DNA of 18,845 nt from a virus (lineage: Duplodnaviria > Heunggongvirae > Uroviricota > Caudoviricetes): the IMG/VR virus record IMGVR_UViG_3300015171_000003; one strand, 5' to 3'. The position numbers were made by a program, and so were the translations under genes. Positions within the stretch are counted from its first letter, which is position 1; each line of letters begins with the position of its first letter. The notes beneath the pieces were generated by a model that worked only from the letters and a program-made list of their open reading frames with translations, made no database searches and was not told the DNA's origin. Shown here piece by piece: positions 1 through 7,461 of the stretch.

Positions 1-939
1 AATAACAGGTTTTCCAGACATAGTAAATTCTAATAATGGTCTTCCCCAACCTTCTGCGTGTGTAAATGTAATAAAAGATGTTACCTTTGGATGATTATAT
101 AAATCATTCATTTCTTCGTCTGTTAATTCACCGTGTAATACATAAACATTTGGTAAATCAGCACCTTTAATAGAATCCTTAATAGCTTTAATCTTTTGCA
201 AAATTTCATACTTATCAATAACAGAAATTGTTGCTCCACTTGTTTTTAAAATTAATGATGGTTTAATAGATTTTCCTTTAAATGTTTCCATAAAAGTTTT
301 TACTAACATACCAATGTTTTTTCTATCTTCACCCAAATTACCCGACATCCAATGTCCTACACATAAAAAATTAAATTGTTCGGGGATTCCATCTAATTCT
401 TTCTTTACATTTTCAGAAATAGTTGATGTTGTCTTATAAACTTCAGTATCAATACCCTCAAAAACAATTTCAATAGGCTTTTCTAATTTCAAAGGAACTT
501 CTTGGCCAGTTTGTTGATCTTTCTTCATGAAAGAGGTAGATTGAAATACAGTTCTAGCATGTCTACTAGGAACAATATTCATGTCCATTTTATTCAATCC
601 TTCAATCCATTCACCCTTGCATTGTGTGGTTTCAATACCCGCTGTAATACCAATATTATACTTTCCAATTGGTTTAAATTCATTTGGAATAGAAACTTGA
701 ATGAATACATCCGGTTGTTCCTTTAATGGTTCTCTAATCAACCGTGGTTCAATTTCATCTAAAATTTTTCTTGGTAAATTTGCAACAGGACATCCTCCCC
801 ATCTTGTAGATGCAATCTTAATATCATACTTGTTTTGTCTTACTAATGACAAAAATAAATCTAATGCATGTTTTCCATATCCACTTAAAGTTAATAGTGG
901 ACCCTGAAATACTAATGTTGGCTTTCCTTCGTTACTCAT
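1..939 (-). CDS. GT4/GT-B glycosyltransferase, 3' end runs off the window
   Basis: Not in the ORF track. Manual translation from ATG 939 is open to base 1: MSNEGKPTLVFQGPLLTLSGYGKHALDL...FLCVGHW...GEDRKNIG...FTHAEGWGRPLLEFTMSGKPVI. EGWGRPLLE is the GT4 ExFGxxxxE motif. Confidence 0.9.
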   Translation of the reverse strand, partial: MSNEGKPTLVFQGPLLTLSGYGKHALDLFLSLVRQNKYDIKIASTRWGGCPVANLPRKILDEIEPRLIREPLKEQPDVFIQVSIPNEFKPIGKYNIGITAGIETTQCKGEWIEGLNKMDMNIVPSRHARTVFQSTSFMKKDQQTGQEVPLKLEKPIEIVFEGIDTEVYKTTSTISENVKKELDGIPEQFNFLCVGHWMSGNLGEDRKNIGMLVKTFMETFKGKSIKPSLILKTSGATISVIDKYEILQKIKAIKDSIKGADLPNVYVLHGELTDEEMNDLYNHPKVTSFITFTHAEGWGRPLLEFTMSGKPVI

Positions 940-940
940 T

Positions 941-1570
941 TTATTTCTCAGTTAAATACTTTGTTAATTGTTCTTCTGCAAATTTTACACATGTTTCTGA
1001 GTATGGAATATCTATTGATTCCTTATAAAATTTCATATATTGTAATTTAAGATTATGATATTCTAATTCAGACAAAGTACTTTTATTTAAAGGATTAAAC
1101 ATTTGATCTCTAATTTTCATCAATGATTCGGAAGTATTATCGCGTTTACATTTTAAATTATAATTAAATCTTTCTATTAATCTCGATCTTGTTTCATCTA
1201 TACTATCTCCTTCTAATGGAGATGAACAATAGTAACCATCAGGGCAATAATATAAATTTTCATCATTTTTAAAAAAAGCAAATTCATCATAATAATGTTT
1301 GTCAATTCTCAGTCCTCTACTATAAGTCTCATATGTTCTACAGCTTTCAAATAATACTCTATTATTATTTTCTGGATTAATAATTTCATATTTAGATTTC
1401 TTTCCATATGGAAGTAATTTTGATGTTTTTTCACAAATATTTATTGCCGTAGCATAATTTGTACATACTACAAATATATTTTTATTAGATCCTGTTGATA
1501 ATTCTCCTAATAGATCTCCAATTAATCTATAAGTCTTTCCTGTTTGTCTTTCTGTAATGTCTATAGTCAT
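941..1570 (-). CDS. Short stand-alone P-loop ATPase resembling the terminase large-subunit ATPase domain
   Basis: Walker A-like RQTGKT, RG..D..YYDEFAF Walker B, and a SSP motif III-like element; 209 aa with no nuclease domain. Confidence 0.55.
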   Translation of the reverse strand: MTIDITERQTGKTYRLIGDLLGELSTGSNKNIFVVCTNYATAINICEKTSKLLPYGKKSKYEIINPENNNRVLFESCRTYETYSRGLRIDKHYYDEFAFFKNDENLYYCPDGYYCSSPLEGDSIDETRSRLIERFNYNLKCKRDNTSESLMKIRDQMFNPLNKSTLSELEYHNLKLQYMKFYKESIDIPYSETCVKFAEEQLTKYLTEK

Positions 1571-1575
1571 AATTA

Positions 1576-1604
1576 AGTTTATTTCTTTTCTTCTTAATAT
1601 GCAA
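1576..1604 (-). promoter_or_regulatory. sigma70-like promoter TTGCAT-17-TAAACT
   Basis: -35 at 1604-1599, -10 at 1581-1576, ATG 5 nt downstream at 1570. Confidence 0.55.
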
Positions 1605-1605
1605 T

Positions 1606-2265
1606 TTATATTAAGTTTTTTAAATATTTCGGTAAAAATTTTGCAGCATTTTCTTCATAAATCTCCTGAAAATTTTGTTTATTAACAATTGGACTAAATA
1701 TTTTCTTACTAATATAAACTTTCTTACAATTAGGATTTGTAAATTTATACAAAGAACTTGATGGATAAACTAACATACTAGTTCCAACCACAATAAAATA
1801 ATCTGATTTTTTAATTTTATCAACCATCTCATTCATATTTCCATGCGGCACTTCCCCAAATAAAACAACATTGGGTCTATATAAATCAAAATTTTCAACA
1901 TCATTAATATTAACTTTAACATTAGTATCTAAATGTATCCACTCAGACATATTTCCGTGAAAATGATGAACATTTTTAGAACCAGCTTTCTCATGTAAAT
2001 CATCAACATTTTGTGTTATAATAAAAACTTCATGCCGATTTTGTAAATTTGAAATGGCTTCATGTGCTAAATTTGGTTTACAATTTTCATATTTCCTATA
2101 CAAATCTTTGAAAAATTTAGAAACTTCCTTTGGATCATTTAATAGAGCATCTAAACTAGAAACTTTCTCTGGATCATTACTATTCCACAATCCTAATTGT
2201 GATCTATAATCTGGAATTCCTGATGGAACACTTATTCCTGCGCCTGTTAAAAATGTAATGTTCAT
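1606..2265 (-). CDS. Sir2/CobB-family NAD-dependent deacylase lacking the Zn-binding cysteines
   Basis: TGAGIS..SGIPDYR, ITQNVDDLH, HFHG, RPNVVLFGE and GTS..VYP motifs. Confidence 0.93.
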   Translation of the reverse strand: MNITFLTGAGISVPSGIPDYRSQLGLWNSNDPEKVSSLDALLNDPKEVSKFFKDLYRKYENCKPNLAHEAISNLQNRHEVFIITQNVDDLHEKAGSKNVHHFHGNMSEWIHLDTNVKVNINDVENFDLYRPNVVLFGEVPHGNMNEMVDKIKKSDYFIVVGTSMLVYPSSSLYKFTNPNCKKVYISKKIFSPIVNKQNFQEIYEENAAKFLPKYLKNLI

Positions 2266-2284
2266 TAATTAGTATTTTCAAGTT

Positions 2285-2542
2285 CTACAATTTGGTTATA
2301 ATCAATCCATTTTCAAGTCCTACAATTTGCTTACAATCAATCCATTCCTGTACACAAGATATTGATAGAGTTGGAAATTCTCCTCTATTATCCTCTACAT
2401 TTTTTAAAGAAATATAGTCTTTTTCAATACTTATATCAGCAACTTCTACAATTGACAGTCTTGGATTAAAATATGCATCGAATGATAATATTGAAAATCT
2501 ATCTCCTGTAATAAGTTCTTTTGCGGCTTTCATATTAATCAA
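2285..2542 (-). CDS. hypothetical protein
   Basis: ORF packed between neighbours and overlapping the upstream stop; may start at the second Met. Confidence 0.65.
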   Translation of the reverse strand: MINMKAAKELITGDRFSILSFDAYFNPRLSIVEVADISIEKDYISLKNVEDNRGEFPTLSISCVQEWIDCKQIVGLENGLIITKL

Positions 2543-3494
2543 TCTTTGGCATAATTATTCCCATATTTCCATTAGGCATACTATGTCCAACAAATTCATC
2601 GGCGGTATGAAGACTAAATTTAGGTCTAGGCACCCAATTATTAAATGTAGCTTCCATTCCATCAATAAATGTCTGACACATATTCTTGGAATTTAAATCT
2701 CCATTAATCATCCAATTTCTACCAATTAATCCTCTTCTTTTTCTTTCCTCTCTACCTAATAAATAAAGTTTCTTAATAGCCTTGGCTCCATCTACCCAAT
2801 CACTATGATCATCAAAAATATATGGCGTTGGTACACTTCCTTGTAAAATTCTCTTTACTGGATATAATGGCACTACCCATTCTCCATGTGTCTTATATCT
2901 GCCATCGTGATTAGACCCCCATTCTTCCGTAAATACAATTGGCTTACCATTATCATCTAAGAACCCACATTGATCTTGAAGACCTCCTGTTACAGTTACA
3001 ATAATAGGAGTTCCAGACATTACACTTTCCGCAGTACCTAATCCAAATCCTTCATTGGAAGCCATATTAATTGTTACATCAACCATGTTATACAATAGGT
3101 TCATTTCTTCTTCAGATGCTCTACCTGTAGAGAAAAGAATGTTTTGTTGTGGACATACCGCATCTCTTGTTGCAATCAAATCTGTGCCAGCCTCATCGAC
3201 AGGATGGGTATGCATTAACAACAAACATTTATCAGACTTTTCTTTTGTGAGAGATTCACAAAATACTCTAAAAGCAAGCATAACATCACTTGTTTGTTTT
3301 CTGCGAATGTTTCTGTTATTATAAAACACAATGAAATCATATTCCTTATCTTTGAATAATTCCTTCTTTTTCTTTTCAATAGCATCAAAATCTTTTTGTT
3401 CTGAATATGGAAAAAATGTTTTTGAATTAATACCGTGTGGACAATATTGGATTAATGTCTTACTTTCTACTTTGTTGTTAATTTTAAAGGCCAT
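2535..3494 (-). CDS. GT4 glycosyltransferase, C-terminal (nucleotide-sugar-binding) portion
   Basis: YCPHGIN, FYNNRNIRRKQTSD, NEGFGLGTAESVMSGTPII motifs. Confidence 0.88.
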   Translation of the reverse strand: MAFKINNKVESKTLIQYCPHGINSKTFFPYSEQKDFDAIEKKKKELFKDKEYDFIVFYNNRNIRRKQTSDVMLAFRVFCESLTKEKSDKCLLLMHTHPVDEAGTDLIATRDAVCPQQNILFSTGRASEEEMNLLYNMVDVTINMASNEGFGLGTAESVMSGTPIIVTVTGGLQDQCGFLDDNGKPIVFTEEWGSNHDGRYKTHGEWVVPLYPVKRILQGSVPTPYIFDDHSDWVDGAKAIKKLYLLGREERKRRGLIGRNWMINGDLNSKNMCQTFIDGMEATFNNWVPRPKFSLHTADEFVGHSMPNGNMGIIMPKID

Positions 3495-3498
3495 AATT

Positions 3499-4109
3499 TT
3501 ATTTTAAATCATTTAATGTAATCCATTTATTTTTTCCAAGAACTGCTTTATTAATATTTTCTGTTTGTTTACTAATTGCAAATAAAGTATCACAAGATTC
3601 ATAATAAGATCTATTATACATGGGATAAATTACGTCATCCCATATATTATAGTATATTATAGGTAATTTTTGCCTCAATTCATGTTCTATTTGAAATACA
3701 AATCCAAAAAATCTAGGATCGGTGAATAATCCAAGTGCATCTGGATTCTCTATCGACATAATTTGTCTAATAATATCTGGATTAGAATATCCGGTACAAG
3801 GATAAATTATTACATAAGCATCTTTAACACCAGTTTTTTCTGCTGTTGCTTGTGATAAATCTACTCTTTTACCTTCTTCTGGATGTTGCAATAATCCTCC
3901 TACACAACACCAATCATATTTATGTACTGTTCCAAATACTAATTCTCTTGCCATCGTTGCGATTCCACTTGAAAATCTAATTTTTCATTGCCCAAGATGT
4001 TACCACCTTGGGCTTCACCAATATCATCTGCCAAAAGAAAAATTTTCTTCTTCTTTAGCTGATGACTATTGGCCCCCTCCAAGGCTACTGTTTCATTGTT
4101 ATTACTCAT
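3499..4109 (-). CDS. GT4 glycosyltransferase, N-terminal portion, interrupted by a 41-nt insertion (joined product about 189 aa)
   Basis: 4109-4020 encodes MSNNNETVALEGANSHQLKKKKIFLLADDI; a different frame resumes at 3978 with RFSSGIATMARELVFG. Joined, this gives the expected GT-B beta1/Gly-loop start KKIFLLADDIRFSSGIATMARE. The ORF track shows only 3499-3954. Confidence 0.8.
3979..4019 (-). other. 41-nt coding-gap element with 10-bp GNRA hairpin, flanked by an ATT direct repeat
   Basis: ATT|GGTGAAGCCCAAGGTG-GTAA-CATCTTGGGCAATGAAAAATT|AGA; stem 4013-4004 pairs with 3999-3990; 18/41 GC. Confidence 0.8.
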
Positions 4110-4121
4110 ATATTTTTATTA

Positions 4122-4337
4122 TTAAAACGCACTCCCACTTTTTTCCAATAAAGTTGACAAAGATTCTATTTTTGATTTAAATTTATCATCTCTAAGGTAC
4201 AGATAGATTGATCTATTTATCAATTTTTGTAAGGTGAAGTTTGTAAATGCCGCGACATTTTTAAAAGATTCATATTCAGTTTCAATTACATTAATTGAAG
4301 TTTTTGTTATATTATTTTTATCAGTAAATGCGGTCAT
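4122..4337 (-). CDS. small protein, possibly ribbon-helix-helix DNA-binding
   Basis: TKTSINV strand followed by two predicted helices (FTLQKLINRSIYLYL); fold assignment is an inference. Confidence 0.55.
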   Translation of the reverse strand: MTAFTDKNNITKTSINVIETEYESFKNVAAFTNFTLQKLINRSIYLYLRDDKFKSKIESLSTLLEKSGSAF

Positions 4338-4408
4338 TGTCTTATTTGTAGAGATAAATAGAGATGAAATACTATAAAAACAAAAATAATTAAATATTTT
4401 TGAAAATA

Positions 4409-5413
4409 TTATTCATCTTCTTTAGAAGCTTTTCCGTCACAATGTTCAGTTCCTTTGAACGAACAATATTTACAATTCTTTTTAGCTTTGCCTGGAGTTT
4501 TTGGAAATTTGCCATTTTTATTATGATTTCCTTCTTTATCAAACCCAACATTAATAAATTCCATAAAACTCTTTACAGCATTATTCATTGCATATGTTGC
4601 TGATGGTGGTATTACAGATTGAATTCTGCTTTGTACATAATCTACATTTTCAAATAATTTTCTTTTAATAATGAAAAATTCTACAGAAACATCTTTTTCT
4701 GGCACTTTCATTAATTTTGAAAAAATCTTTTTATAAAGAAGAAGTTGATTTAATTTGACATTGTCTTGTTTTTGATATTTATTCCACCCATTTGTGGAAG
4801 TTTTGATATCATATATCAAGTATTTTTTAGTTATCTTATCCTGTAAAATCAAATCGACAAATCCTTTATATTTTAAATTTGGTCTAACATTAAATACCAA
4901 AGGGAATTCAATACCAATAATTTCATATTTCTTACTTGGAAAATATTTTGTCCTAATATCTGATCTAACAAAATGTTTTAGAATTTCGTTTCCATCTTCC
5001 ATAAATCCAGAAATATCTTCTTCATTAGAAATATATTCCACATCACTACTTATATCAAATACATGTAATTCTTTTTCAAGTTCCTCGACAGTTTTTCCCA
5101 AAGATTCCGCATAATCTTTTTTCTTTTGACCATCGGGTTTTTTTAAACATTTTCTAAACTCTTCTTCAAAAACAGGAAATAATTTAAGATCATCTGCTTC
5201 TAGCGCGGATTTTGAATATAAAGTATCTAAATACAATTGCAAAGCTTTATGAATTGCAGTACCAAATGCAGTATTGATACTATTTTCATATTTCTTTAAT
5301 TTATCAATATATCCTAACTTCCAAGATCTAGGACATTTTGACCAATCACTATATTGACTATAAGATACTGTTTTTTCTTTTTTCTGTGGAATAACATCTA
5401 CTTCATTAACCAT
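4409..5413 (-). CDS. PD-(D/E)XK exonuclease, Cas4/AddB-like with four-Cys Fe-S staple
   Basis: N-terminal SYSQ..W.KCP, GTAIH, E..GFVD...YDIKT catalytic motif, C-terminal CKYC...HC. Confidence 0.88.
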   Translation of the reverse strand: MVNEVDVIPQKKEKTVSYSQYSDWSKCPRSWKLGYIDKLKKYENSINTAFGTAIHKALQLYLDTLYSKSALEADDLKLFPVFEEEFRKCLKKPDGQKKKDYAESLGKTVEELEKELHVFDISSDVEYISNEEDISGFMEDGNEILKHFVRSDIRTKYFPSKKYEIIGIEFPLVFNVRPNLKYKGFVDLILQDKITKKYLIYDIKTSTNGWNKYQKQDNVKLNQLLLYKKIFSKLMKVPEKDVSVEFFIIKRKLFENVDYVQSRIQSVIPPSATYAMNNAVKSFMEFINVGFDKEGNHNKNGKFPKTPGKAKKNCKYCSFKGTEHCDGKASKEDE

Positions 5414-5419
5414 ATTAAA

Positions 5420-5473
5420 TTACTTTTCTCTTATGTCCACAATACATTTTGTAGGAATATTTTGATAAGTGTA
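5420..5473 (-). pseudogene. 3' half of a small ORF interrupted by IS607 (YTYQNIPTKCIVDIREK*)
   Basis: In frame with 7459-7352 once the element is removed at the shared AGG/TA junction. Confidence 0.4.
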
Positions 5474-5491
5474 CCTTCATAGTTACTAATT

Positions 5492-6730
5492 CTATTGTCT
5501 TTCATTACAAAAGTCAATATTATTAGTTTTTTGAGTACAAGGAACTATAGATTCCTTATCTAAAACTTTCCAATAGAAACCTGTCCTATTGTTCTGCTTT
5601 AACCGTTCTTGTTCTCCGATCAGAGACAAGTTAAAAGATAGATTAACTGAAGCATTATAATCCGAATCACATTCATAAGAACATGTTCCACATCTAAACT
5701 TCTTCTTCGTTCTATTACTTTTCCGTACCCATCCACATTTGTTACATCTTTGACTTGTGTAAGTCGGATTTAAACGGTTTACTTGGACACCAAGTAAATT
5801 ACATCTGTCCTCCAACTTGTCTAGGATTTGTGGATAATTCCAATGAGAAAGTTTTCGGCTTGTCCGAAATCCTTTTCTCAAATTTTTTATGTTTTCTATA
5901 TTAATTTGTTTAACATTATTCAAATTTAATTGATTTATACTCCAATTAACAAAATTCTTTCTATGAGTTTGTGATTTTCTAAAATTAACAGAACCACGTT
6001 TCTTTTCGGATATTTTATTTATGATTTTATCTAAAGAATATCCATGATTATCTTCTTTAGATTTAATTCCATTAGAACAATAAAATAAATCTGTCTTTCC
6101 AATATCAATCCCGACAACATTTCCAGTTTCTACTTTTTTTGGTTCTTCTAAATCAAATATGAATGTTATCTCATTTTTAGATAATCTTATTCCTTTCTTA
6201 AGTTTCCCATTTTTTAATATCTTATTAAAATGTTTTGTCTTTTTTATCGGAATTCCTATCTTTAATTTATTTCCAAGTGATGTTAATGTCAACCAGATAT
6301 CAAATGAAGTTTTATTATCAGAATCAATTTTTACAAATCTTTCATCCAGTTCACATTCTAAATTTTCTATATTTGGTTTGTTTTGATTTATATTATTATA
6401 AATTTTCTGTAACTTTCTCGCTTTCTTAAATTTTCCTTGTTCTTTAAATTTATTTATTATAAACAATCTTCTTTGTTGTTTGACTTTTGTTCCTCGAACA
6501 ATCCCACTTGTTTGTTTTCCTAAACATTGGATTGTTCTTGCGGATAACCACGTTTCTACATCAGATGTTAATTCTTTTGGTAACAATGTCGGAACTTTTT
6601 CTAAATCCAATAATTTATCAATAAAAATCTTAGAAACTCTTTTATATTCTTCTATAAAAAAGTCGATTTTATCTAATTTGTTTTTATTAGAAAATTTTAA
6701 AGTGGATTTAGAAGACCGGATCATGATCAA
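5492..6730 (-). CDS. tnpB: TnpB RNA-guided endonuclease (IS607-associated)
   Basis: RuvC-I GIDIG, RuvC-II IENI, PTYTSQRCNKC...CGTC zinc finger, RuvC-III DSDYNAS; catalytic D/E/D all present. Confidence 0.93.
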   Translation of the reverse strand: MIMIRSSKSTLKFSNKNKLDKIDFFIEEYKRVSKIFIDKLLDLEKVPTLLPKELTSDVETWLSARTIQCLGKQTSGIVRGTKVKQQRRLFIINKFKEQGKFKKARKLQKIYNNINQNKPNIENLECELDERFVKIDSDNKTSFDIWLTLTSLGNKLKIGIPIKKTKHFNKILKNGKLKKGIRLSKNEITFIFDLEEPKKVETGNVVGIDIGKTDLFYCSNGIKSKEDNHGYSLDKIINKISEKKRGSVNFRKSQTHRKNFVNWSINQLNLNNVKQINIENIKNLRKGFRTSRKLSHWNYPQILDKLEDRCNLLGVQVNRLNPTYTSQRCNKCGWVRKSNRTKKKFRCGTCSYECDSDYNASVNLSFNLSLIGEQERLKQNNRTGFYWKVLDKESIVPCTQKTNNIDFCNERQ

Positions 6731-7286
6731 GTTCTTTAATTAATTGTTCTGTTTTTCTCTTAGATCTTCTTTGTCCATAAATTCTAGCACAAAATGAAGT
6801 TATTACATTTACAAAATCTTGGATTAAATCTTCTTTTTCATTTAAAATTTGATTGACATAAATTACTTCACAATTTATATGTTTACATAAAGTATCTATG
6901 TATGAAGAACCAAATCTGCTTAATCTATCTCTATGTTCCACTACGAGTTTTGTGACTTTTCCTTCAGATAAAATTTTTAATAATTTTTTCCGTTTATCAT
7001 TTAAACCACTACCAATTTCTTTAATATTTTCATCTGTTTTCCATCCATTTGCATTACAATAACTAATTAATCTATTGGACTGGGATTCTAAATTAATTTT
7101 ATTTTCTGAAGAAGAAACTCTCGCATAAGTTATCACATAATCTTGTTTTATAATAAGATTTTCTTCTGGCACGATGATTGTGCCAGAAGGTAATTTATAT
7201 GCTAGAGGAAGTTCTCCTCTATTAAACATTAACCATGCAGTTCTGTATAATATTCCTTGTTTTTTTGCCCAATGACTTAACTTCAT
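6708..7286 (-). CDS. tnpA: IS607 TnpA serine recombinase (likely start MKLSHWAK at 7286)
   Basis: N-terminal MerR-like HTH, YARVSS catalytic Ser motif, EIGSGLN, VVEHRDRLSRFG, DFVNVITSFCARIYG. Confidence 0.95.
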   Translation of the reverse strand: MKLSHWAKKQGILYRTAWLMFNRGELPLAYKLPSGTIIVPEENLIIKQDYVITYARVSSSENKINLESQSNRLISYCNANGWKTDENIKEIGSGLNDKRKKLLKILSEGKVTKLVVEHRDRLSRFGSSYIDTLCKHINCEVIYVNQILNEKEDLIQDFVNVITSFCARIYGQRRSKRKTEQLIKELDHDPVF

Positions 7287-7313
7287 ACATGATAAGTATG
7301 AAATGGAAATATA

Positions 7314-7343
7314 AAACAATAAAAAATAATAAAAAACAATAAA
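7314..7343 (-). repeat. three tandem 10-bp direct repeats at the IS607 left end (TTTATTGTTT/TTTATTATTT/TTTATTGTTT)
   Basis: Read directly; consistent with TnpA-binding repeats known at IS607 ends. Confidence 0.75.
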
Positions 7344-7351
7344 TTTGATTA

Positions 7352-7459
7352 CCTATGATAATACAATGGATTATTCTCAAATGACTCAACCAAATTGGTT
7401 AATAAAATTCCTGATATAGGAGATTATATTTCTTTTACTATTTTAGATAAACTTTTCAC
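7352..7459 (-). pseudogene. 5' half of the small ORF interrupted by IS607; contains one in-frame TAA
   Basis: GTG at 7459: VKSLSKIVKEI*SPISGILLTNLVESFENNPLYYHR, ending at the AGG junction. Confidence 0.35.
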
Positions 7460-7461
7460 AA

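Larger units (their letters stand above)
5474..7353 (-). mobile_element. IS607-family insertion sequence (tnpA + tnpB), about 1.88 kb
   Basis: Serine-recombinase tnpA overlapping tnpB; GG core at both junctions (CATAGG|TAATC and GAAGG|TACAC on the minus strand); 10-bp direct repeats just inside the left end. Confidence 0.88.

Noticed and set aside
3979-4019. Insert as a group I/II intron or as stop-codon recoding
   Set aside because: Far too short, no terminal G in any junction register, and the two coding parts are in different frames so TGA readthrough cannot join them
3990-4085. Twister- or hammerhead-like words (GAGGG, GGT-GAAGCCC, CAGATGA) around the 41-nt insert
   Set aside because: I could not build the required P1/P2/P4 and pseudoknot topology or the CUGAUGA-stem-GAAA core; an Infernal scan would settle it
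4338-4400. TATTTAT (also 12854-12860) and TATAAATA (17776-17783) as phage late promoters
   Set aside because: AT-only 7-8-mers are expected often at this composition; needs genome-wide enrichment analysis
4409-7343. CRISPR array linked to the Cas4-like or TnpB genes
   Set aside because: No repeat-spacer array seen; the only tandem repeats are the 10-bp IS end repeats
7287-7460. IStron (group I intron fused to IS607)
   Set aside because: Only about 65 AT-rich nt lie between the left end and the tnpA start, leaving no room for an intron core
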